DNA of 64,000 nt. Origin: Octopus sinensis (lineage: Eukaryota). The translations under genes and the position numbers were made by a program. This document shows positions 51,731-64,000 of this stretch, piece by piece; the first letter of the stretch is position 1; each line of letters starts with the position of its first letter. Below the pieces are notes generated by a model that worked only from the letters and a program-made list of their open reading frames with translations, was not told where the DNA came from and searched no databases. The stretch is taken from assembly GCF_006345805.1 (NCBI RefSeq), contig NC_043002.1, positions 79,732,001 to 79,796,000 of the forward strand, written 5' to 3'.

Positions 51731-52600
51731 AGAAATGAAGAAAATGGATAAAACGACCAGAAAAATGTTGACAGTACACGGAGCCTTCCGTCCTAACAGT
51801 GACACCGGTAGGTTGTACATGTCCTGAAGAAAGGGTGGGATAGGCTTGATCAATTGCCAAGACTGTATTGAAGGAGAGGAAAGCAGCCTAGAGTGGTTTA
51901 TGAAAAATGCCATGGAGCCACTGTTGAAACACACGAAGGCCGAAGTCAACAAAACTGAAAATTGTGTAACTAAAGATAAATTTAAACAAGAAATGAATGA
52001 AAGAAAAGGAAAAGCATGGAAGGAAGAGAAAATGTACGGTCAGTTTGAAAGAGATGTGAACGTCAAGACAGATGCAGTGGTGGCTATGGATGAGGAGGAG
52101 TGACCTGAAGATAGAGACGAAAACACTCATATGCGCAGCTCAAGAACAAGCGTTAAGGACCAACTATGTGAAGTGCAGAATAGACAACACTACCGACAGC
52201 GACAAATGCTGAATGTGTGGCGAGAGGAGTGAAACAGTATGGCACATCATTAGCGAATGCACGAGATTGACACAACGCAAATTCAAAAGACACCATGACA
52301 ATGTGGCAAGAATGATCCATTCGGAAATCATGCCCTACAAAGAGCAAAGATGTGGTATCAGTAAACGCCAGAAGGGTCACTGAAAATGAGAATTGCAAAA
52401 TTCTGTGCGATGCAATGATCCACTGCGACCACCTGATCAGGCATCGGAAACAAGGCTTTGTTGTGGTGAATAAAAAAAGAAAGAACACGTATGATAATCG
52501 AAATGGCGTGCCCCGGTGACAATAGGATCAATGTGAAAGAAGAAGAAAATATAAACAACTTTGACGATTTGAAGTGGGAAATACGAAGGTTGTGGTCAAC
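51731..52600 (+). pseudogene. Decayed R4/Dong-like non-LTR retrotransposon ORF (post-RT region, CCHC knuckle, RLE endonuclease)
   Basis: EMKKMDKTTRKMLTVHGAFRPNSDTGRLYMS*RKGGIGL; LICAAQEQALRTNY; knuckle C*MCGERSETVWHIISEC; RHHDNVARMIH; ENENCKILCD; multiple stops and frameshifts. Confidence 0.85.
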
Positions 52601-52900
52601 TACCAACATGGCTGAAAAAGCTCAGTACAAAAATCAGAATAATTATGTTTTATGCAAACTGCAATTGTGATATGGGAAATTCGTTTAGACCATTTAATTG
52701 GAATAAAAAATGTGGGAAAACAAACACAGCTCAGAAACATGGAGAGACATGTCATGATTGTCTCAGGAAAATTTACAAATAACGTCACTTTCTCCTTATG
52801 TAAAAAGGTGGATAGATAGGTAAATAAACAGATAGATATGGAGGTTACACATATACATATATATGTGTGTGTTTGAGTGTGCGTGTGTTGTATATACATG

Positions 52901-53004
52901 AACGAATGCGATTGGAATTTACTTCAGAAACAATAACCCTGCTGTTAATATCATTTAAAGAATGGTTATATATGCATGAACATATGTATATTTACATACA
53001 TACA

Positions 53005-53064
<60 letters not shown>

Positions 53065-53250
53065 ATATTATATATCTATATTATATATACGTATATCTTC
53101 GTTGTCATATACCTATACATATACTATACATATACATACACACACACACACATATATATATATACATATGTCCATGTATATATAACCATTCTTTAAATAA
53201 TATTAACAGCAGGGTTATTGTTTCTGACGTAAACTCCAATCGCATTCGTT
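52901..53250. repeat. ~73-bp inverted repeats enclosing a (TA)n spacer
   Basis: 52901-52973 is the reverse complement of 53178-53250 with a few mismatches. Confidence 0.85.
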
Positions 53251-54009
53251 TTCTTAGCAGTAATTCTAAGACTAGAAACTCTATTTATCAATGTAAAATT
53301 ACTTCCGGTTCTGACGTCGTTTTTATATAGGTTATTCTTCATCTCATTGGTCCAAAAGAATATCTAATCATTTAGGCATATCAAAACTCTCCATTTAGGC
53401 ATATCAATAAACTTAACAATACTGCGATTAGTAAATTAATCTGGTATCTAAAAGATCATAAACAATTTAATTTGGAATGGGATATTCTCTTTATTTCTTT
53501 ACCTTGTGACAAAGGTAGCTCATTTTGCTCCCTTTGTAATAGTGAAATGTTTTTTATCCTATTCTCAAAGAATCCCTTTGTAAACGTGTTTATAGAACGC
53601 TTTCATCATTGCAAACATTGGCAGAAATTTAGCATTAGTTCCTATAAGTGATTTCTACCATTCTATAAAATTCGAACTTTGTTTTCTTACATTATTGATG
53701 TGTTTGGTTTCTTTGTTTCCCTAATGAGAAGATTGCATTGTTTTACACCATTTTATTCCTTCTGGAATAATACCAATGTTGTCTTCGAAACATATGTCGA
53801 AAGCATAAGAATTTGAACTACACGTGCGTTTAACTCCATTTATTTATTAATCTACAATATACAAAACATTTCACCTAAACCTGGAGTTTCTACCTTTATA
53901 AATAGGGTGTTACATCCTTGTTGTGTGAATTTTTGCTACCCTGGTAACTATTTATTTATTTTCTCCGTGTTATCTGCAAACACTGGAAAAAAACACACAT
54001 ACATTTATA

Positions 54010-54050
<41 letters not shown>

Positions 54051-54726
54051 GTCTGTGTCTGTGTGTGTGTGTGTTTATGTAGAAGGTACCTTGAGTATAT
54101 GTTCATGTATATACAAGCACATATATATGTGTGTGCGCGCACATAAATATGTATGTATGTGTGTATGCTTGCATGAATGTATATGTAGAAAGTGATATAG
54201 AGAGATGGAATGATATGCTTGTTTACTTAAATACGATGGCTATTTTGCTATTCATGTTCCAGTGGGACATTCATTTTCTTAAAATTCTACCTAATTCATT
54301 GGTGGTGCAACTTTTGTTTGATCACAGGTATGCTTCTCACCATGTTCATTATCTCGTTCGTTAATGGGAGCTATCAGAATTATGAAGATGATGTGGATAC
54401 TGTCACGCACACACAGGTGACATATACATATGTAAACACACACACACACACACACACAAACACACACGGACGCGCTCACACACATATCCTTCTCTCTCTC
54501 CCTTCCTCTCTATATATGTGTGTGTGTATTATGCATGCACACTCGCACACACGCACGCGCACATACAAATATATGTATAAACTTACATATATCTACATAC
54601 ATACATATATATACATATATATATATATACATACATATATACACATACATACACAGACACACACACAGGCACACACATTCAGACACACACTCACACACAC
54701 ATACACACACACACAGCACACACACA

Positions 54727-54786
<60 letters not shown>

Positions 54787-55850
54787 ATATTTATATATAC
54801 ATATGAGAAAGTGTTGACGATGTAGATCAGATTGTTTGATCCTCAAATGACGAGAGAGAAGAGCAAAACTACTCTAAATGACCAAGATAAAGACAGAAAT
54901 AGAGATAGAGAATACAGATATTATGTGAATCATAAAATGTAAGTGATGAATTTGCGTATAGAAAGTCTTCGTTGTGAATGCGTCGTCAGTAATGATGTAA
55001 CTGTTCACATACGCCATAGAAGTAAGTATACGTTATGTAAAGTAAATAGTTAAATGCCTAAACATTGTGACTGGCAAGCAAATAACTGATACTTTAGTCG
55101 AAGTTGAATATAAAGGTTTCTAATAATGAATGATAGATCAAAAAGAGTATTTGCTGTGAATTGCCGACAGTTAGCCTATTTGAACCTCCTTTGAATATTG
55201 TTAACAACCATCTTTGGCGGAGAAAAAGAAAAAAAAATGAATAGAAAGAGAAACAAAAGTAAAATCAAAAACATACGATTATATACTAAAGAATGACCAG
55301 TTGAACAAAGGGGCCGCAAAATGACCAGTTCTCCACCCATCACCGCTTTATAATGATAGCTATTTCATCTGCTAATGTTGGTGGTTTTTCAGAATAAATA
55401 TCAGTGTGTTTAACTTTTGTTTTTACTATTTCTGCGACTGCTATAACATGTTCTGTCACTGTTAGTCACTGTGACGTGACTGCATCGCATTTATCCGTTG
55501 TAAAAGTCAATCAAAATTGACATGGAGATTGATATAATCGGTTTTAGCTTAATGCCCATCACGTAGAGCGAGTGTAGTGTACTCCTTCAACGTAATTGGT
55601 CTTTGTTTGTCTTTGCTTTGTTTGTTTTCCTTCTTTTGTTTGCTTCTTCGTTTTTGCAATCAATGATTTGTTTGGTATTGTTGTTAGTAGTTAGACAATG
55701 ATTGCCGTTAATGTACAAAACTGATATGAAGAATTGTTGCAAAATGTGATGAGATATAAAGGTGCAAACAAAAACACCTATTGACTTTTTTTTGTAAATT
55801 GCGCATATAAGTGCATCCGTGGCACATATAGGTGCAGGCATGGCACTTAT

Positions 55851-56017
55851 GGTGCAGGCGTGGCTTGCTTCCCAACCAAATGGATCCAGGTTCAGTCCTG
55901 GAGTAAGTGTATTCTAATGTAGCCTCGGGCCGACTAAAGCCTTCTGAGTGGATTTGTTAGACCGGAACTGAAAGAAGCATATCGGATATGTGTGTGTAGT
56001 GTGAGTGTGCATGTGTT

Positions 56018-56072
<55 letters not shown>

Positions 56073-56315
56073 GTGTGCGTGCGTTTGTGCGCGTGAGTGT
56101 ATCGTCGTGTCTGTGTCTGTCCCCCTCTAATATCGCTTGACAACCGATGATGATGTGTTTACGTGCTCGTAGCTTAGCGGTTCGGGAAACGAAAATCGAT
56201 GGAAAAAGTACTGGGCTTACAAAGAATAAATCCTGTGGTGGATGATTTCTTCGACTTAAAAAAGAAACATTTTAAGGTGGTGCTCCAGCATGGCTACAGT
56301 CAAATGCTTGAAACA
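55851..56315 (+). mobile_element. SINE family A, degenerate
   Basis: cctcgggccgact..gagtggatttg..aactgaaagaagc..cttagcggttcgg..ggtgctccagcatggc. Confidence 0.8.
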
Positions 56316-56627
56316 ATAGGGGTGCACCAATTATAAACTGCAATACATCAAAACAGTTTAAATAAGGTGAAATCATTCTAAAATGTATATAATTTTTATC
56401 TAATCTGTTTGAAGAGGGTATGCGCCATGCGTCTTTCGTAGTTAAGTAATTCTTATTCTTTAAGCCAAATTTAATCCCAATCACTTTATCAATTATCTAG
56501 ATACATTTCTTGGAATATAGCTGAACTTAAGATGGTAGAAAACTGTCCTTTCCTCTGCACCTTTAATAATGCGATATCATTTTCTCTAAGGATGTATAGT
56601 CTTTCAATGTTGATGGTAGTCGTGAAA

Positions 56628-56716
<89 letters not shown>

Positions 56717-57054
56717 ATCTATTGAAACACACGCACACACACACACTGATATTAAAGTTTGTTTTTATGTTATAGCATACTTTAAACTGAGCAATTACTC
56801 AATTGCTTGGGTAGAGTACAAATTTATCATTCATTAAGAAGAAAATAGTAGACAGCTAAGAAGTTATCGATGACAGCTTAGCTGGCCGAAATTTCGAAGT
56901 CACTATCAATATCATTCTTGCTATTAACATATAAATGTGTGTGTGTGTGTGTGTGTGGTATGTGTGTGCGTGCGTATATGTGTGCGTGTGCATATGTATA
57001 CCTGTAAGTGTATTCTAAGAAATCATTATTCCATGATAATCATTCCATTAGAAA

Positions 57055-57410
57055 TAGAATTATTTATCGACTCCGAAAGGATGAAAGGCCAAGTCGACCT
57101 TGGCGGAATTTGAACTCAGAACGTAACGGCAGACGAATACGGCTACGCATTTCGCCCGGCGTGCTAACGTTTCTGCCAGTTCGCCGCCTTCTGTATAATC
57201 CTCCTTGGTAGAGGCACAAGTCCAGAAATTTTGCGGTGGGGAGTTTGTAGATTGTATCGGTTTCAGTGCATAACTGGTACATCATATTTGTTGATCCGAA
57301 AGATTAAAGCAAAGTTGATTTCAGTGGTATTTGGACTCAGAAAGTAATGAACCGGAAGAAATACCGCCAAGCATTTTCTCAGGCGTCGTTAAGGAGTCTG
57401 TCAGCTCAGC
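57055..57410 (-). mobile_element. Two tandem SINE family B copies
   Basis: ggcggaatttgaactcagaacgtaacggcagacgaa..tctgccagttcgccgcc, plus a more decayed copy. Confidence 0.75.
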
Positions 57411-58408
57411 ATTCTGTATTATACTATTATACGGGCGTTAGGCAAAGGAGTCTCAAGTAGTCGTCTTATAAACAAATAGAAGGTTGCTTCGATGTCTCTG
57501 CGACAGGATATTCATCCTACATTCGGGATAAGCTCATTGGCGATCGACAACCAATCCTGCAGGAAGCGTTTTTTTAGCTGATATCCGTAGACGGATTAAC
57601 TTCTAAGAAATTAAACCCATTATATTTCAACCGAACTATTTATTATTGCTGTCGGGAGCTGGCGCACCAATCGGCGTTAAGATGATCGGTCGTAATTCGT
57701 GTGAGTCGTTTGTCGGGTAAGTCGTAAGTCGGGTGGGTCGTAAGTCGACGTCGACTTGTATATGTAGCTATTAAATCATAAATTGCAGGAGCAACAAAGG
57801 GGATAAGCAGGAGTAGCAGAGTAGAAGCTTCTCAGTTCACAACACTGTTAATACTCTATTAAGTACTCCCGTCTGTGCTCCATTAAATTCTCTCTCCTGC
57901 GAAAAGTTTAGACGGTGATTAGAAGCTAAAAGCAATCTGAATTCAGATCCTGCAGAGGTAAACTTTACATTTCATCGTTTGGGATCGATAAAATGAAATA
58001 CCTAACCTTCTCTTTTAATTCAAAGTAAACAAAGTGAGGACAAAGGCGTCAGTAGTGAGCAAAATTCTTGAAACAAACAAGCACTCACGACATTATTCTT
58101 TCGTAAATCATTTCATTACGTATCCAAAACGGTCTCTGTTATAAACTGTAACTAGACATACACCATTCCAAAAGCTAAAAACAGTTCGAAGTGAAGATAT
58201 CAGCATTTCAAAGAAATGTGAAGTAAACTGGAAGTTGTTAGGCTTCCAGGCTGTCTCACAATCAATCACTCTAAAAATATACAGTCATATTCTGTTCTAT
58301 GAATTTAACCGCAACCTAAAATTAATGAAATTTTCAATGCAGCTTTGCGAATCATTAACTTATTTCGTCTAGTATGTACGTATGTACGTACGTACGTATG
58401 TATGAACG

Positions 58409-58442
<34 letters not shown>

Positions 58443-58876
58443 TGTATGTATGTATGTATGTATGTATGTATGTGTATGTATATACATATATGTGTATATT
58501 ATCTTTTGTACACACATACACACATACACACATATGTGTATATGTTTGTGCATACGTATATGTATACTCATATTCAAATAAACAAAAGATGACATATATA
58601 GGTGTATAAATGGTATAATATGATATAATATGATATATATATATGCCTATATTTATATATATGTAACGATATGTGTGTGTGTATTTATTTATCTATCTAT
58701 CTTTCTCTATATATATGCATAAATACGGATTGGTATACAGATAGATTAATCGATATAGGTATATACAGATATCTACAGATATAAATGGGTGTGTATGCGG
58801 TAATATACGTGTGCATGTATGTATACATAAAATATGTATGTATGTATTTATATATATTATACATATATATATATAG

Positions 58877-58907
<31 letters not shown>

Positions 58908-59184
58908 ATATATACTATATATATATATACATATATGTGCATATATATATATATATATATATACATATACGAGTAATATATATATGTGAGTGTGTGTGTC
59001 TGTGAGCACGTGTATATATCTAGATATGGGCAGATATATCGTTATATGAGTGTCTTTGTGTGTATATTTCCATATAAATCTTTAACATTCTTTCTACCCA
59101 CTCAAAAGACGATATTCATTAACATCTTCCAAAGGAAGACAGAGAACATTGAATGATATATATATATATATATATGTATCTAAT

Positions 59185-59233
<49 letters not shown>

Positions 59234-59595
59234 ATATTATATATATACATATATATATATTGAATAATGTATGTATATATATATATATATATATAGATTA
59301 CATGGTGGAACTTCTAAGGAATCCAGTCAAGAAAACAAGTTCCAATCACAGGCCATTAGAAGCAGAATATTAACCTGATGGCGGGTTGCCGAAGGCATAT
59401 CTTGTGCAACGGCCGAGTAATTTTAGCTCGTAATAAGAATAAATGATCATGTTATGTACACATCTATACATGGCAGAAATATTCCATAAATGACATAAAT
59501 AGTATTTCTGTATATATGTATATTTGTAAATATATCTATGTGTGCGTGTCTTTGATTGTATGTGTGTGGGTATAAGTGTATATCTATCTGTCTAT

Positions 59596-59683
<88 letters not shown>

Positions 59684-59711
59684 ACACCCCTCTCTCCCCC
59701 TCTCTCTCTTC

Positions 59712-59743
<32 letters not shown>

Positions 59744-59911
59744 ATGCATATATGAATATATACATGTTTCGTAGATTCAAATTTTACAATTTTACTGTTC
59801 CTCACGAAAGACAAAATGAGTACTCGATTCATAATATTCAGGTTGCATATAATACATTTATTATATATATATTATATATATATATATATACACCACATAT
59901 ATATATATATA

Positions 59912-59964
<53 letters not shown>

Positions 59965-60949
59965 ATAAGTGAAAAAATACATATTATGTACAGGACATCA
60001 ACAGTGAGCGAAAACTACGTAGACATACAATGAGAGACAAGTACCGGTCGAAATACCCATAGAGCTCTAACTCCTCTTCAGTTGTCAATTGTTTATCACC
60101 ACCTGTTCCATGCTTTTAAACTTTGCCGTGTAAATAGACAATGCCGCTAAACCATTGTTCCCTCTTCTGGAATAGACAGAAGACAGATTTGTGTAATTTC
60201 GTCTACTATTTTCCGCTTAATGTCTACTTCAGTCAGGGAAGAGTATCGAGATACAATTACTGCAGAAAAATCTTATGAAGAAACGTGTGCTATAATATAA
60301 GTTATATATATATATATATATATATGCTCAAACGCTTTTTATTTCTTTACATCTGGACCCCTTTGATTACTATCTTTCTCTGGTTGGCCCCTATAACTAT
60401 TATTCAATGTTTAATACTAATTTTACAGATGCTTCTTTCTAAATTCCTATTTTTACACACTTAAACTTGTTTAGATTGAGTTATGGTAAATCATTTGAGA
60501 AAGAAATCTTGCTGTTTCTTGCAATAAATACATCTAAGCAAATCTTTTTCCTGGCCCCTTAAAATTCTGCTGTGGATCCCCAGGGGGTGGGGCATATGAT
60601 CCTTGGTTGAGAACCACAGCTTATATATACATTCATATATCGGCTGTTAAATACATCAGTATGTTACATGATTTAGTTCCGAGACAATTGAGAGTAATCC
60701 TATAGTGAAGCTTTTAATAAATATACATTTAAAATCATTGTGTAGACAGTGCAGTTTAACCTGAGGATCCTTTCTTATGAACAGCCATGAGAAAAGTTTG
60801 AAAAATTCTGATTTGTTTTTAACCGGCGTATAAAACGGGTCTACTCTACGCAATACCGTTTTATACAGTGAAAATGTTTACATATATCTATGAGAGGTAA
60901 CGACAAAGGCACCCCACCCCCAGCACTTTGGGGTTGCTTTGTCTACGTC

Positions 60950-61100
60950 CCAGTAAAGTAGCGCTTCGGCAAAAGGAAACCGATAGGATAAGTACCAGGC
61001 TTCAAAGATTAAGCTCTGGGGTCAATTTATTTGACTATAAATTCTTCAAGGCGGTGCCCCAGCATGGCTGCAGTCTAGTGACTGAAACAAGTAAAAGATA
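60950..61100 (+). mobile_element. SINE family A, 3' part
   Basis: ttcggcaaaagga.accgatag..ggtgccccagcatggctgcagtc..ctgaaacaagtaaaaga. Confidence 0.75.
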
Positions 61101-61224
61101 AAAGGAGTTGTGTGGGTCTGTGTCTGTGTACACACACACACACACACACACACCACACCACAATATATATATATATACACAACACACACACACACACATA
61201 TATATATAATTACACACAAACATA

Positions 61225-61277
<53 letters not shown>

Positions 61278-61285
61278 AAATAAAG

Positions 61286-61317
<32 letters not shown>

Positions 61318-61677
61318 CCATATATATTCCCACTCAGATTGATAGCTACTTAAAAAATATTTTGCATTCACTTTAAAGACGTCTGTATGTCACACGTGCC
61401 TAGATTTTTACGCGAAGCTATCCCGACATCCTTTTCCCTCAGCGACGTGGCACGCATCGTCAGCTGGTCTTTCCTTTTCACAAGACGTGTTTCCACGTCA
61501 GAAAGTCATCGGAGCGATTTAATATGTGTTTGTCTTTCATTTGCCTCGCTCTCTGTGAGAAAACATGAAAGAAAAAAGAACATATGTACTTTGCAATCAA
61601 AAGAAGTCGGTCATCTTTTTGAGGATTTCCAAGCAAAAATAAAAGAGAATAACCAGTCGTATGTGCGTGTATGTGTT

Positions 61678-61724
<47 letters not shown>

Positions 61725-62170
61725 TTATGTACGTATGTATGTATGTATGTATATATATGTATGTATGTATATATATAAATGTATGTATATATATATATAG
61801 TATGTATATATATATGTATGTATGTATATATATATATGTATGTATATATATATGTATATGTTTGTATATATATATATGTAAATATATATATGTATGTATA
61901 TATATATATATATATAGATATAATATATATGTATGTATATATATATATGTATGTATGTATATATATATATATAGATGTAGGTATATATATATATATAGAT
62001 ATATATAGATATATATAATATCTATATAGTGTGTGTTGTATATATAGTGTGGGTATATATATATATGTGTGTGTGTAAATATATGTGCGCACTATACATG
62101 TATATGTATATGTGTGTCTCTGTGTAGGAGTTTTTGAACGAACGTGTGTGTGTGCGCGCGCGCGCAGCAT

Positions 62171-62206
62171 AACAGAAATTGAAGAATCATGAAACGTAGT
62201 TCTGTT
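62171..62206 (+). ncRNA. Degenerate minimal hammerhead-like motif
   Basis: AACAGAAa-UUGAAGA-aucau-GAAA-CG-UA-gUUCUGUU; C3U is uncompensated and stem II is nearly absent. Confidence 0.3.
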
Positions 62207-62567
62207 CTTCAAGTTACCCTTTATTGTGTAGTTGAAGAGTAGGAAAGTCAAAGATATGAATGGTAACTACGATTCAGCTTCTAAGAAAATATAAACAACT
62301 TATAAAGTAATTAATTCTTGAGGAATTACTTAGTTTTTTGTGCAAGAAATACGACACACAATTGTGGTTCTAACATTCGAAGCACCAAACATTGGTTGAA
62401 TGCCTTCATTGGCGGATAACAAACCGACAACTTGAACAAAATGAATTACAATTTTTTTGCCGAAACCGGTGAAATATAACAATTAAAGCAGTAAAATACC
62501 GGAAGCAGCCTAAAATTTCGAGATTCCTGCTAGGTTTTAGATTATATATAACCAAATAAAACTCCCC

Positions 62568-62650
<83 letters not shown>

Positions 62651-63204
62651 CTCTATGTTTAGATCCCTGTGGGAAATAAAGGAATAAGTATGCTGAGTCC
62701 ATGTGTGTGTCAATGTGTGTGCTTACACGAGCTTACGGTATACTCCTCTAAATAATCTTTTCCATATTTTTCTTATTTCTGTTTTACCTACTATAAACTA
62801 TATGTAGAGGCATTACCCGCATATATAAAAGATAAACTCTATCGACTTAATTTCATTGAAAACCACCAAGCCCGTATGCACCCTGCTACACTCAAATACG
62901 ACATATATTGTAATAGAACCAAGCGAAACTGAGCTTGTTATGAGAGTTACCTTTTGAAAAAATCACCTGACGGCATACATCTAGACCGATGGGTGCACCA
63001 TAAGCAGGTGTACCGTATCTCCTCCGCGAGGTACCGGTGCAAGACGTGTCGAAACGATCGTTCTCATTTTCTCTTTGACTCATTTCTTTGATTTGAAATA
63101 TATATATACATATAATTATATATATATAAGAAATACTGAATTTCTAAATCTCTCGTAGAGACATGTACAGTGGTGGGGCGATAGAATGGTTGTATACTGT
63201 CAAT

Positions 63205-63285
63205 CTAAGAGTACTTATTCTATCGGTCTCTTTTGCCGAATCGCTAAGTAACGGGGACATAAACACACCATAGATTGACAGTATA
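63205..63285 (-). mobile_element. SINE family A, 3' fragment
   Basis: agtacttattctatcggtctcttttgccgaatcgctaagtaacggggac. Confidence 0.75.
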
Positions 63286-63729
63286 CAACCATTCTATATA
63301 TATATAATATATATATATATATAATATATATATATATATATAGTAATGTATATATGTATGTGTATATAATATATATATATATGTATATATGTATGTGTAT
63401 ATCTATATACATATATGTATATATATTTGTGTATGCATGAATGAATGAATATATATATGCGTGTGTGTGTGTGTGTCTACGTCTGCGTGTGCGTAAGTCT
63501 ACCTGTCCGTGTGTTGGTGCACGTAAAAACTGGAAAGTGATAGACAATATTTGATGCACATTGCTTCAGAAAATGCATTAGATTAGGATCTCTAGATAAA
63601 CAAATACTTGCATAAGAATGGCGTCAGGTGGTTATATTTCCCTGTGATTTTTCTCCACAAAATGGATCTCTTTTCTAAATCACTAATCTCTAGGGAAAAT
63701 GATGTAACACAACGCTCACGAATTATATA

Positions 63730-63797
<68 letters not shown>

Positions 63798-63916
63798 ATA
63801 TATATGTATATATGCATATATATATTCATATATATATAAATATGTATATGTATATATGTATCTCTATCATCTATCTATAATATATCTATCTATCTATATC
63901 TATCTATCTATCTATA

Positions 63917-63951
<35 letters not shown>

Positions 63952-63969
63952 TATATATATATATATCTA

Positions 63970-64000
<31 letters not shown>

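Noticed and set aside
55320-55500. Protein-like T/S-rich minus frame
   Set aside because: In-frame stops; resembles decayed agt/agc simple repeats also seen near 32600.
62970-63065. CCGATGG..GAAACGATCGT possible hammerhead
   Set aside because: Core is doubly mutated and stems I and II cannot be closed consistently.

Overview
AT-rich, microsatellite-saturated animal genomic DNA, most likely intronic or intergenic sequence from an octopod cephalopod. This is inferred from the tRNA-derived SINE families and the (TA)n/(TATG)n/(CTAT)n landscape. No intact protein-coding gene can be identified: nearly all listed ORFs are microsatellite translations, and one frameshifted low-complexity candidate exon lies at 1-773 on the minus strand. 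The window holds dozens of SINE copies (at least four head types), decayed Tc1/mariner elements (including a DD41D-spaced fragment), and fragments of R4/Dong-like, CR1/L2-like and Penelope-like (PLE) retroelements. There is a 100-N gap at 51631-51730. The main finding is a ribozyme system. A 3.5-kb tandem array of a ~473-bp non-coding unit (41331-44853) carries a type I hammerhead ribozyme (HHR) fold in each of 7 full units, which is the architecture of a non-LTR retrozyme expected to yield ~473-nt (circular) RNAs. A second, apparently unrelated ~485-bp tandem unit (28777-29585, minus) also carries an HHR with an unusually long stem II. Several solitary PLE-type HHRs occur as well, including U3-A8 compensated and CCGAUGA core variants. 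Four of these HHR elements have an inverted (fold-back) copy at their 5' end. All RNA folds were derived by eye and none has been tested for cleavage.
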